Part shown: piece after piece, positions 26,301 to 40,100 of the stretch
Position numbering within the stretch: the first letter of the stretch is position 1
Layout: the number at the start of each line of letters is the position of its first letter
Assembly (NCBI GenBank): GCA_977018835.1
Contig: OZ361257.1
Span: 4,650,001 to 4,714,000, forward strand
Reading direction: 5' to 3'
Length of the DNA stretch: 64,000 nt
From: Minutocellus sp. GHC0000111
Taxonomy: Eukaryota
The notes under the pieces: generated by a model
Seen by the model: only the letters and a program-made list of their open reading frames with translations
What the model was told of the DNA's origin: nothing
Databases searched by the model: none
Made by a program: the position numbers and the translations under genes

Positions 26301-29300
26301 GTGAGTTGCTCCAGTTTGGAGAGCACTGATTTTCCCAACGCTGCTGGCTGGCGACTCCCCAACCACCCACAAAGATGCATGCTTTGGCTGCAGTGCAATC
26401 ACAGGACACTGCTCACCACATGCATTCCTTGCTGCTCTCACATGGCAATGAATTGAACTAAGCTTTGGCAGAGATCAGGGCACTCCCATGGTCAAATGTG
26501 AGTTGCTCCAGTTAGTACAGCCCTAGTTTTCCCAACGCTGCTGGCGACACCCACACCACCCACAAAGATGCGTGCTTTGGCTGCAGTGCAATCACAGGAC
26601 ACTGCTCACCACATGCATTCCTTGCTGCTCTCACATGGCAATGAATGGAACATAAGCTTTGGTAGAGATCAGGGTGCTGCTATGGTCAAATGTGAGTTGC
26701 TCCAGTTTGGAGAGCACTGATTTTCCCAACGCTGCTGGCTGGCAACTCCCCAACAACCCACAAAGATGAGTGCTTTGGCTGCAGTGCAATCACAGGACAC
26801 TGCTCACCACATGCATTCCTTGCTGCTCTCACATGGCAATGAATGGAACATAAGCTTTGGTAGAGATCAGGGTTCTCCTATGGTCAAACATGAATTGCTC
26901 CAGTTAGGAGCGCCCTAGATAGTTTGTCCAACGCTGCTGGCGACGCCCCCACCACCCACAAAGATGAGTGCTTTGGCTGCAGTGCAATCACAGGACACTG
27001 CTCAACACATGCATTCGTTGCTGATCTCACATGGCAATGAATGGAACATAAGCTTTGGAAGAGATCAGGGTGCTGCTATGGTCAAACATGAATTGCTCCA
27101 GTTAGGAGCGCCCTAGATAGTTTGTCCAACGCTGCTGGCGACGCCCACACCACCCACAAAGATGAGTGCTTTGGCTGCAGTGCAATCACAGGACACTGCT
27201 CAACACATGCATTCCTTGCTGCTCTCACATGGCAATGAATGGAACATAAGCTTTGGTAGAGATCAGGGTGCTCCTATGGTCAAATGTGAGTTGATCCAGT
27301 TAGGACAGCCCTAACTTTCCCAACGCTGCTGGCGACGCCCACACCACCCACAAAGATGCGTGCTTTGGCTGCAGTGCAATCACAGGACACTGCTCACCAC
27401 ATGCATTCCTTGCTGCTCTCACATGGCAATGAATGGAACATAAGCTTTGGTAGAGATCAGGGTGCTTCTATGGTCAAATGTGAGTTGCTCCAGTTAGGAG
27501 CGCCCTGGCTGGCGACGCCCACAAAGATGAGTGCTTTGGCTGCAGTGCAATCACTGGACACTGCTCACCACATGCATTCCTTGCTGCTCTCACATGGCAA
27601 TGAATGGAACATAAGCTTTGGTAGAGATCAGGGTGCTGCTATGGTCAAATGTGAGTTGCTCCAGTTTGGAGAGCACTGATTTTCCCGACGCTGCTTGCTG
27701 GCGACTCCCCAACAACCCACAAATATGAGTGCTTTGGCTGCAGTGCAATCACAGGACACTGCTCACCACATGCATTCCTTGCTGCTCTCACATGGCAATG
27801 AATGGAACATAAGCTTTGGTAGAGATCAGGGTGCTCCTATGGTCAAATGTGAGTTGCTCCAGTTAGGAGCGCCCTAGTTTTCCCAACGCTGCTGGCGACG
27901 CCCACAAAGATGAGTGCTTTGGCTGCAGTGCAATCACTGGACACTGCTCACCACATGCATTCCTTACTGCTCTCACATGGCAATGAAGGAACATAAGCTT
28001 TGGTAGAGATCAGGGTGCTCCTGTGGTGACAACTGAGTTGCTCCAGTTAGGAGCGCCCTAGTTTTCCCAATGCTGCTGGTGACGCCCACACCACCCACAA
28101 AGATGCATGCTTTGGCTGCAGTGCAATCACAGGACACTGCTCACCACATGCATTCCTTGCTGCTCTCACATGGCAATGAAGGAACATAAGCTTTGGTATA
28201 GATCAGGGTGCTCCTATGGTCAAACATGAGTTGCTCCAGTTAGGAGAGCACTGATTTTCCCAACGCTGCTGGCTGGCGACTCCCCAACCACCCACAAAGA
28301 TGCATGCTTTGGCTGCAGTGCAATCACAGGACACTGCTCACCACATGCATTCCTTGCTGCTCTCACATGGCAATGAATTGAACTAAGCTTTGGCAGAGAT
28401 CAGGGCACTCCCATGGTCAAATGTGAGTTGCTCCAGTTAGTACAGCCCTAGTTTTCCCAACGCTGCTGGCGACACCCACACCACCCACAAATATGAGTGC
28501 TTTGGCTGCAGTGCAATCACAGGACACTGCTCACCACATGCATTCCTTGCTGCTCTCACATGGCAATGAATGGAACATAAGCTTTGGTAGAGATCAGGGT
28601 GCTCCTATGGTCAAATGTGAGTTGCTCCAGTTAGGACAGCCCTAACTTTCCCAACGCTGCTGGCGACGCCCACACCACCCACAAATATGAGTGCTTTGGC
28701 TGCAGTGCAATCACAGGACACTGCTCACCACATGCATTCCTTGCTGCTCTCACATGGCAATGAATGGAACATAAGCTTTGGTAGAGATCAGGGTGCTCCT
28801 ATTATTGATGTGAGTTGCTCCAGTTAGGAGCGCCCTAGCTTTCCCAAAGCTGCTGGCGACGCCCACAAAGATGAGTGCTTTGGCTGCAGTGCAATCACTG
28901 GACACTGCTCACCACATGCATTCCTTGCTGCTCTCACATGGCAATGAATGGAACATAAGCTTTGGTAGAGATCAGGGTGCTGCTATGGTCAAATGTGAGT
29001 TGCTCCAGTTTGGAGAGCACTGATTTTCCCGACGCTGCTTGCTGGCGACTCCCCAACAACCCACAAAGATGAGTGCTTTGGCTGCAGTGCAATCACAGGA
29101 CACTGCTCACCACATGCATTCCTTGCTGCTCTCACATGGCAATGAATGGAACATAAGCTTTGGTAGAGATCAGGGTGCTCCTATGGTCAAATGTGAGTTG
29201 CTCCAGTTAGGAGCGCCCTAGTTTTCCCAACGCTGCTGGCGACGCCCACAAAGATGAGTGCTTTGGCTGCAGTGCAATCACTGGACACTGCTCACCACAT

Positions 29301-31170
29301 GCATTCCTTGCTGCTCTCACATGGCAATGAAGGAACATAAGCTTTGGTAGAGATCAGGGTGCTCCTGTGGTGACAACTGAGTTGCTCCAGTTAGGAGCGC
29401 CCTAGTTTTCCCAATGCTGCTGGTGACGCCCACACCACCCACAAAGATGCATGCTTTGGCTGCAGTGCAATCACAGGACACTGCTCACCACATGCATTCC
29501 TTGCTGCTCTCACATGGCAATGAAGGAACATAAGCTTTGGTATAGATCAGGTTGCTTCTATGGTCAAATGTGAGTTGCTCCAGTTAGGAGCGCCCTGGCT
29601 TTCCCAACGCTGCTGGCGACGCCCACACCACCCACAAAGATGCGTGCTTTGGCTGCAGTGCAATCACTGGACACTGCTCACCACATGCATTCCTTGCTGC
29701 TCTCACATGGCAATGAATGGAACATAAGCTTTGGTAGAGATCAGGGTGCTCCTATGGTCAAATGTGAGTTGCCCCAGTTAGGAGCGCCCTAGTTGTCCCA
29801 ACGCTTCTGCTGGCGATGCCCACGCCACCCACGAAGATGAGTGCTTTGGCTGCAGTGCAATCACAGGACACTGCTCACCACATGCATTCCTTGCTGCTCT
29901 CACATGGCAATGAATGGAACATAAGCTTTGGTAGAGATCAGGGTGCTTCTATGGTCAAATGTGAGTTGCTCCAGTTTGGAGAGCACTGATTTTCCCAACG
30001 CTGCTGGCTGGCGACTCCCCAACCACCCACAAAGATGCATGCTTTGGCTGCAGTGCAATCACAGGACACTGCTCACCACATGCATTCCTTGCTGCTCTCA
30101 CATGGCAATGAATTGAACTAAGCTTTGGCAGAGATCAGGGCACTCCCATGGTCAAATGTGAGTTGCTCCAGTTAGTACAGCCCTAGTTTTCCCAACGCTG
30201 CTGGCGACACCCACACCACCCACAAAGATGCGTGCTTTGGCTGCAGTGCAATCACAGGACACTGCTCACCACATGCATTCCTTGCTGCTCTCACATGGCA
30301 ATGAATGGAACATAAGCTTTGGTAGAGATCAGGGTGCTGCTATGGTCAAATGTGAGTTGCTCCAGTTTGGAGAGCACTGATTTTCCCAACGCTGCTGGCT
30401 GGCAACTCCCCAACAACCCACAAAGATGAGTGCTTTGGCTGCAGTGCAATCACAGGACACTGCTCACCACATGCATTCCTTGCTGCTCTCACATGGCAAT
30501 GAATGGAACATAAGCTTTGGTAGAGATCAGGGTTCTCCTATGGTCAAACATGAATTGCTCCAGTTAGGAGCGCCCTAGATAGTTTGTCCAACGCTGCTGG
30601 CGACGCCCCCACCACCCACAAAGATGAGTGCTTTGGCTGCAGTGCAATCACAGGACACTGCTCAACACATGCATTCGTTGCTGATCTCACATGGCAATGA
30701 ATGGAACATAAGCTTTGGAAGAGATCAGGGTGCTGCTATGGTCAAACATGAATTGCTCCAGTTAGGAGCGCCCTAGATAGTTTGTCCAACGCTGCTGGCG
30801 ACGCCCACACCACCCACAAAGATGAGTGCTTTGGCTGCAGTGCAATCACAGGACACTGCTCAACACATGCATTCCTTGCTGCTCTCACATGGCAATGAAT
30901 GGAACATAAGCTTTGGTAGAGATCAGGGTGCTCCTATGGTCAAATGTGAGTTGATCCAGTTAGGACAGCCCTAACTTTCCCAACGCTGCTGGCGACGCCC
31001 ACACCACCCACAAAGATGCGTGCTTTGGCTGCAGTGCAATCACAGGACACTGCTCACCACATGCATTCCTTGCTGCTCTCACATGGCAATGAATGGAACA
31101 TAAGCTTTGGTAGAGATCAGGGTGCTTCTATGGTCAAATGTGAGTTGCTCCAGTTAGGAGCGCCCTGGCT
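19009..31170 (+). repeat. Higher-order repeat of ~22 monomers in three tandem copies (4248, 4251 and 3660 bp); related copies at ~300-4540 and, partially, ~61400-64000
   Basis: ORF markers at 19196/23444/27695 and 23105/27356/31016. The hybrid junction ccctgGCTggcgacgcccacaaag is at 23257-23259 and 27508-27510. Markers 496/23444 and 3320/26268 are both offset by 22948. Confidence 0.92.
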
Positions 31171-34100
31171 TTCCCAACGCTGCTGGCGACGCCCACACCA
31201 CCCACAAAGATGCGTGCTTTGGCTGCAGTGCAATCACTGGACACTGCTCACCACATGCATTCCTTGCTGCTCTCACATGGCAATGAATGGAACATAAGCT
31301 TTGGTAGAGATCAGGGTGCTGCCATGGTCAAATATGAGTTGCTCCAGTTAGGAGCGCCCTAGCTTTCCCAACGCTGCTGGCGACGCCCACACCACCCACA
31401 AAGATGCGTGCTTTGGCTGCAGTGCAATCACTGGACACTGCTCACCACATGCATTCGTTGCTGCTCTCACATGGCAATGAATGGAACACAAGCTTTGGTA
31501 GAGATAAGGGTGCTCCTGTGGTCAAACATGGGTTGCTCCAGCAAGCAGCGCCCTGATTTTCCCAACGCTGCTGGCGACGCCCACACCACCCACAAAGATG
31601 AGTGCTTTGGCTGCAGTGCAATCACTGGACACTGCTCACCACATGCATTCCTTGCTGCTCTCACATGGCAATGAATGGAACATAAGCTTTGGTAGATATC
31701 AGGGTGCTCCTATGGTCAAATGTGAGTTGCTCTAGTTAGGAGCGCCCTAGCTTTCCCAACGCTGCTGGTGACGCCCACAACACCCACAAAGATACGTGCT
31801 TTGGCTGCAGTGCAATCACAAGACACTGCTCACCACATGCATTTCTTGCTGCTCTCACATGGCAATGAATGGAACATAAGCTTTGGTAGAGATCAGGGTG
31901 CTGCTATGGTCAAACATGAGTTGCTCCAGTTAGGAGCGCCCTGGCTTTCCCAACGCTGCTGGCGACGCCCACACCACCCACAAAGATGCGTGCTTTGGCT
32001 GCAGTGCAATCACTGGACACTGCTCACCACATGCATTCCTTGCTGCTCTCACATGGCAATGAATGGAACATAAGCTTTGGTAGAGATCAGGGTGCTGCTA
32101 TGGTCAAATGTGAGTTGCTCCGGTTAGGAGCGCCCTAGCTTTCCCAACGCTGCTGGCGACGCCCACACCACCCACAAAGATGAGTGCTTTGGCCGAAGTA
32201 CAATCACTGGACACTGCTCACCACATGCATTCCTTGCTGCTCTCACATGGCAATGAATGGAACAGAAGCTTTGGTAGAGATCAGGGTGCTGCCATGGTCA
32301 AATATGAGTTGCTCCAGTTAGGACAGCCCTAACTTCCCCAACGCTGCTGGCGACACCCACACCACCCACAAAGATGCGTGCTTTGGCTGCAGTGCAATCA
32401 CAGGACACTGCTCACCACATGCATTCCTTGCTGCTCTCACATGGCAATTAATGGAACGTAAGCTTTGGTAGAGATCAGGGTGCTCCTATGGTCAAATGTG
32501 AGTTGCTCCAGTTAGGAGCGCCCTGGCTTTCCCAACGCTGCTGGCGACGCCCCCACCACCCACAAAGATGAGTGCTTTGGCTGCGGTGCAATCACTGGAC
32601 ACTGCTCACCACATGCATTCCTTGCTGCTCTCACATGGCAATGAACGGAACATAAGCTTTGGTAGAGATCAGGGTGCTCCTAAGGTCAAATGTGAGTTGC
32701 TCCAGTTAGGAGCGCCCTGATTTTCCCAACGCTGCTGGCGACGCCCACACCACCCACAAAGATGAGTGCTTTGGCTGCAGTGCAATCACAGGACACTGCT
32801 CACCACATGCATTCCTTGCTGCTCTCACATGGCAATGAATGGAACACAAGCTTTGGTAGAGATCAGGGTGCTCCTATGGTCAAATGTGAATTGCCCCAGT
32901 TAGGAGCGCCCTAGTTGTCCAAACGCTTCTGCTGGCGATGCCCACGCCACCCAAAAAGATGAGTGCTTTGGCTGCAGTGCAATCACAGGACACTGCTCAC
33001 CACATGCATTTCTTGCTGCTCTCACATGGCAATGAATGGAACATAAGCTTTGGTAGAGATCAGGGTGCTCCTATGGTCAAATGTGAGTTGATCCAGTTAG
33101 GACAGCCCTAACTTTCCCAACGCTGCTGGCGACGCCCACACCACCCACAAAGATGCGTGCTTTGGCTGCAGTGCAATCACAGGACACTGCTCACCACATG
33201 CATTCCTTGCTGCTCTCACATGGCAATGAATGGAACATAAGCTTTGGTAGAGATCAGGGTGCTCCTATGGTCAAATGTGAGTTGATCCAGTTAGGACAGC
33301 CCTAACTTTCCCAACGCTGCTGGCGACGCCCACACCACCCACAAAGATGCGTGCTTTGGCTGCAGTGCAATCACAGGACACTGCTCACCACATGCATTCC
33401 TTGCTGCTCTCACATGGCAATGAATGGAACATAAGCTTTGGTAGAGATCAGGGTGCTCCTATTGTCAAATGTGAGTTGCTCCAGTTAGGAGCGACCCCTA
33501 GCTTTCCCAACGCTGCTGAAGACACCCACACCACCCACAAAGATGCGTGCTTTGGCTGCAGTGCAATCACAGGACACTGCTCACCACATGCATTCCTTGC
33601 TGCTCTCACATGGCAATGAATGGAACATAAGCTTTGGTAGAGATCAGGGTGCTCCTATGGTCAAATGTGAGTTGCCCCAGTTAGGAGCGCCCTAGTTGTC
33701 CCAACGCTTCTGCTGGCGATGCCCACGCCACCCACGAAGATGAGTGCTTTGGCTGCAGTGCAATCACAGGACACTGCTCACCACATGCATTTCTTGCTGC
33801 TCTCACATGGCAATGAATGGAACATAAGCTTCCTGGCGACGCCAACACCACCCACAAAGATGAGTGCTTTGGCTGCAGTGCAATCACTGGACACTGCTCA
33901 CCACATGCATTCCTTGCTGCTCTCACATGGCAATGAATGGAACACAAGCTTTGGTAGAGATCAGGGTAATCCTGTGGTCAAACATGGGTTGCTCCAGCAA
34001 GCAGCGCCCTGATTTTCCCAACGCTGCTGGCGACGCCCACACCACCCACAAAGATGCGTGCTTTGGCTGCAGTGCAACCACAGGACACTGCTCACCACAT

Positions 34101-37100
34101 GCATTCCTTGCTGCTCTCACATGGCAATGAATGGAACATAAGCTTTGGTAGATATCAGGGTGCTCCTATGGTCAAATGTGAGTTGCTCCAGTTAGGAGCG
34201 CCCTAGCTTTCCCAACGCTGCTGGTGACGCCCACACCACCCACAAAGATGCGTGCTTTGGCTGCAGTGCAATCACTGGACACTGCTCACCACATGCATTC
34301 CTTGCTGCTCTCACATGGCAATGAATGGAACATAAGCTTTGGTAGAGATCAGGGTGCTGCTATTGTCAAATGTGAGTTGCTCCGGTTAGGAGCGCCCTAG
34401 CTTTCCCAACGCTGCTGGCGACACCCACACCACCCACAAAGATGCGTGCTTTGGCTGCAGTGCAATCACAGGACACTGCTCACCACATGCATTTCTTGCT
34501 GCTCTCACATGGCAATGAATGGAACATAAGCTTTGGTAGAGATCAGGTTGCTGCTATTGTCAAATGTGAGTTGCTCCGGTTAGGAGCGCCCTAGTTGTCC
34601 CAACGCTGCTGCTGGCGATGCCCACGCCACCCACAAAGATGAGTGCTTTGGCTGCAGTGCAATCACAGGACACTGCTCACCACATGCATTTCTTGCTGCT
34701 CTCACATGGCAATGAATGGAACATAAGCTTTGGTAGAGATCAGGGTGCTCCTATGGTCAAACATGAGTTGCTCCAGTTAGGAGCGCCCTAGTTTTCCCAA
34801 CGCTGCTGGCGACGCCCACACCACCCACAAAGATGCGTGCTCTGGCTGCAGTGCAACCACAGGACACTGCTCACCACATGCATTCCTTGCTGCTCTCACA
34901 TGGCAATGAATGGAACATAAGCTTTGGTAGAGATCAGGGTGCTGCTATGGTCAAATATGAGTTGCTCCAGTAAGGAGCGCCCTGCTTTTCCCAACGCTGC
35001 TGGCGACGCCCACACCACCCACAAAGATGAGTGCTTTGGCTGCAGTGCAATCACAGGACACTGCTCACCACATGCATTCCTTGCTGCTCTCACATGGCAA
35101 TGAATGGAACATAAGCTTTGGTAGAGATCAGGGTGCTGCTATGGTCAAACATGAATTGCTCCAGTTAGGAGCGCAATAGTTTTCCCAACGATGCTGGCGA
35201 CGCCCACACCACCCACAAAGATGAGTGCTTTGGCTGCAGTGCAATCACAGGACACTGCTCACCACATGCATTCCTTGCTGCTCTCACATGGCAATGAATG
35301 GAACGTAAGCTTTGGTAGAGATCAGGGTGCTCCTATGGTCAAATGTGAGTTGCTCCAGTTAGGAGCGCCCTGGCTTTCCCAACGCTGCTGGCGACGCCCC
35401 CACCACCCACAAAGATGAGTGCTTTGGCTGCGGTGCAATCACTGGACACTGCTCACCACATGCATTCCTTGCTGCTCTCACATGGCAATGAACGGAACAT
35501 AAGCTTTGGTAGAGATCAGGGTGCTCCTAAGGTCAAATGTGAGTTGCTCCAGTTAGGAGCGCCCTGATTTTCCCAACGCTGCTGGCGACGCCCACACCAC
35601 CCACAAAGATGAGTGCTTTGGCTGCAGTGCAATCACAGGACACTGCTCACCACATGCATTCCTTGCTGCTCTCACATGGCAATGAATGGAACACAAGCTT
35701 TGGTAGAGATCAGGGTGCTGCTATGGTCAAATGTGAGTTGCTCCAGTTTGGAGAGCACTGATTTTCCCAACGCTGCTTGCTGGCGACTCCCCAACAACCC
35801 ACAAAGATGAGTGCTTTGGCTGCAGTGCAATCACAGGACACTGCTCACCACATGCATTCCTTGCTGCTCTCACATGGCAATGAATGGAACATAAGCTTTG
35901 GTAGAGATCAGGGTGCTCCTATGGTCAAATGTGAGTTGCTCCAGTTAGGACAGCCCTAACTTTCCCAACGCTGCTGGCGACGCCCACACCACCCACAAAT
36001 ATGAGTGCTTTGGCTGCAGTGCAATCACAGGACACTGCTCACCACATGCATTCCTTGCTGCTCTCACATGGCAATGAATGGAACATAAGCTTTGGTAGAG
36101 ATCAGGGTGCTCCTATTATTGATGTGAGTTGCTCCAGTTAGGAGCGCCCTAGCTTTCCCAAAGCTGCTGGCGACGCCCACAAAGATGAGTGCTTTGGCTG
36201 CAGTGCAATCACTGGACACTGCTCACCACATGCATTCCTTGCTGCTCTCACATGGCAATGAATGGAACATAAGCTTTGGTAGAGATCAGGGTGCTGCTAT
36301 GGTCAAATGTGAGTTGCTCCAGTTTGGAGAGCACTGATTTTCCCGACGCTGCTTGCTGGCGACTCCCCAACAACCCACAAAGATGAGTGCTTTGGCTGCA
36401 GTGCAATCACAGGACACTGCTCACCACATGCATTCCTTGCTGCTCTCACATGGCAATGAATGGAACATAAGCTTTGGTAGAGATCAGGGTGCTCCTATGG
36501 TCAAATGTGAGTTGCTCCAGTTAGGAGCGCCCTAGTTTTCCCAACGCTGCTGGCGACGCCCACAAAGATGAGTGCTTTGGCTGCAGTGCAATCACTGGAC
36601 ACTGCTCACCACATGCATTCCTTGCTGCTCTCACATGGCAATGAAGGAACATAAGCTTTGGTAGAGATCAGGGTGCTCCTGTGGTGACAACTGAGTTGCT
36701 CCAGTTAGGAGCGCCCTAGTTTTCCCAATGCTGCTGGTGACGCCCACACCACCCACAAAGATGCATGCTTTGGCTGCAGTGCAATCACAGGACACTGCTC
36801 ACCACATGCATTCCTTGCTGCTCTCACATGGCAATGAAGGAACATAAGCTTTGGTATAGATCAGGTTGCTTCTATGGTCAAATGTGAGTTGCTCCAGTTA
36901 GGAGCGCCCTGGCTTTCCCAACGCTGCTGGCGACGCCCACACCACCCACAAAGATGCGTGCTTTGGCTGCAGTGCAATCACTGGACACTGCTCACCACAT
37001 GCATTCCTTGCTGCTCTCACATGGCAATGAATGGAACATAAGCTTTGGTAGAGATCAGGGTGCTCCTATGGTCAAATGTGAGTTGCCCCAGTTAGGAGCG

Positions 37101-40100
37101 CCCTAGTTGTCCCAACGCTTCTGCTGGCGATGCCCACGCCACCCACGAAGATGAGTGCTTTGGCTGCAGTGCAATCACAGGACACTGCTCACCACATGCA
37201 TTCCTTGCTGCTCTCACATGGCAATGAATGGAACATAAGCTTTGGTAGAGATCAGGGTGCTTCTATGGTCAAATGTGAGTTGCTCCAGTTTGGAGAGCAC
37301 TGATTTTCCCAACGCTGCTGGCTGGCGACTCCCCAACCACCCACAAAGATGCATGCTTTGGCTGCAGTGCAATCACAGGACACTGCTCACCACATGCATT
37401 CCTTGCTGCTCTCACATGGCAATGAATTGAACTAAGCTTTGGCAGAGATCAGGGCACTCCCATGGTCAAATGTGAGTTGCTCCAGTTAGTACAGCCCTAG
37501 TTTTCCCAACGCTGCTGGCGACACCCACACCACCCACAAAGATGCGTGCTTTGGCTGCAGTGCAATCACAGGACACTGCTCACCACATGCATTCCTTGCT
37601 GCTCTCACATGGCAATGAATGGAACATAAGCTTTGGTAGAGATCAGGGTGCTGCTATGGTCAAATGTGAGTTGCTCCAGTTTGGAGAGCACTGATTTTCC
37701 CAACGCTGCTGGCTGGCAACTCCCCAACAACCCACAAAGATGAGTGCTTTGGCTGCAGTGCAATCACAGGACACTGCTCACCACATGCATTCCTTGCTGC
37801 TCTCACATGGCAATGAATGGAACATAAGCTTTGGTAGAGATCAGGGTTCTCCTATGGTCAAACATGAATTGCTCCAGTTAGGAGCGCCCTAGATAGTTTG
37901 TCCAACGCTGCTGGCGACGCCCCCACCACCCACAAAGATGAGTGCTTTGGCTGCAGTGCAATCACAGGACACTGCTCAACACATGCATTCGTTGCTGATC
38001 TCACATGGCAATGAATGGAACATAAGCTTTGGAAGAGATCAGGGTGCTGCTATGGTCAAACATGAATTGCTCCAGTTAGGAGCGCCCTAGATAGTTTGTC
38101 CAACGCTGCTGGCGACGCCCACACCACCCACAAAGATGAGTGCTTTGGCTGCAGTGCAATCACAGGACACTGCTCAACACATGCATTCCTTGCTGCTCTC
38201 ACATGGCAATGAATGGAACATAAGCTTTGGTAGAGATCAGGGTGCTCCTATGGTCAAATGTGAGTTGATCCAGTTAGGACAGCCCTAACTTTCCCAACGC
38301 TGCTGGCGACGCCCACACCACCCACAAAGATGCGTGCTTTGGCTGCAGTGCAATCACAGGACACTGCTCACCACATGCATTCCTTGCTGCTCTCACATGG
38401 CAATGAATGGAACATAAGCTTTGGTAGAGATCAGGGTGCTTCTATGGTCAAATGTGAGTTGCTCCAGTTAGGAGCGCCCTGGCTTTCCCAACGCTGCTGG
38501 CGACGCCCACACCACCCACAAAGATGCGTGCTTTGGCTGCAGTGCAATCACTGGACACTGCTCACCACATGCATTCCTTGCTGCTCTCACATGGCAATGA
38601 ATGGAACATAAGCTTTGGTAGAGATCAGGGTGCTGCCATGGTCAAATATGAGTTGCTCCAGTTAGGAGCGCCCTAGCTTTCCCAACGCTGCTGGCGACGC
38701 CCACACCACCCACAAAGATGCGTGCTTTGGCTGCAGTGCAATCACTGGACACTGCTCACCACATGCATTCGTTGCTGCTCTCACATGGCAATGAATGGAA
38801 CACAAGCTTTGGTAGAGATAAGGGTGCTCCTGTGGTCAAACATGGGTTGCTCCAGCAAGCAGCGCCCTGATTTTCCCAACGCTGCTGGCGACGCCCACAC
38901 CACCCACAAAGATGAGTGCTTTGGCTGCAGTGCAATCACTGGACACTGCTCACCACATGCATTCCTTGCTGCTCTCACATGGCAATGAATGGAACATAAG
39001 CTTTGGTAGATATCAGGGTGCTCCTATGGTCAAATGTGAGTTGCTCTAGTTAGGAGCGCCCTAGCTTTCCCAACGCTGCTGGTGACGCCCACAACACCCA
39101 CAAAGATACGTGCTTTGGCTGCAGTGCAATCACAAGACACTGCTCACCACATGCATTTCTTGCTGCTCTCACATGGCAATGAATGGAACATAAGCTTTGG
39201 TAGAGATCAGGGTGCTGCTATGGTCAAACATGAGTTGCTCCAGTTAGGAGCGCCCTGGCTTTCCCAACGCTGCTGGCGACGCCCACACCACCCACAAAGA
39301 TGCGTGCTTTGGCTGCAGTGCAATCACTGGACACTGCTCACCACATGCATTCCTTGCTGCTCTCACATGGCAATGAATGGAACATAAGCTTTGGTAGAGA
39401 TCAGGGTGCTGCTATGGTCAAATGTGAGTTGCTCCGGTTAGGAGCGCCCTAGCTTTCCCAACGCTGCTGGCGACGCCCACACCACCCACAAAGATGCGTG
39501 CTTTGGCCGAAGTACAATCACTGGACACTGCTCACCACATGCATTCCTTGCTGCTCTCACATGGCAATGAATGGAACAGAAGCTTTGGTAGAGATCAGGG
39601 TGCTGCCATGGTCAAATATGAGTTGCTCCAGTTAGGACAGCCCTAACTTCCCCAACGCTGCTGGCGACACCCACACCACCCACAAAGATGCGTGCTTTGG
39701 CTGCAGTGCAATCACAGGACACTGCTCACCACATGCATTCCTTGCTGCTCTCACATGGCAATTAATGGAACGTAAGCTTTGGTAGAGATCAGGGTGCTCC
39801 TATGGTCAAATGTGAGTTGCTCCAGTTAGGAGCGCCCTGGCTTTCCCAACGCTGCTGGCGACGCCCCCACCACCCACAAAGATGAGTGCTTTGGCTGCGG
39901 TGCAATCACTGGACACTGCTCACCACATGCATTCCTTGCTGCTCTCACATGGCAATGAACGGAACATAAGCTTTGGTAGAGATCAGGGTGCTCCTAAGGT
40001 CAAATGTGAGTTGCTCCAGTTAGGAGCGCCCTGATTTTCCCAACGCTGCTGGCGACGCCCACACCACCCACAAAGATGAGTGCTTTGGCTGCAGTGCAAT

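Noticed and set aside
33826..33832. Deletion breakpoint directly after a HindIII site as a cloning or Hi-C artefact
   Set aside because: The junction is not a religation product (no AAGCTAGCTT and no second site). It recurs in four paralogous blocks with consistent linked variants.
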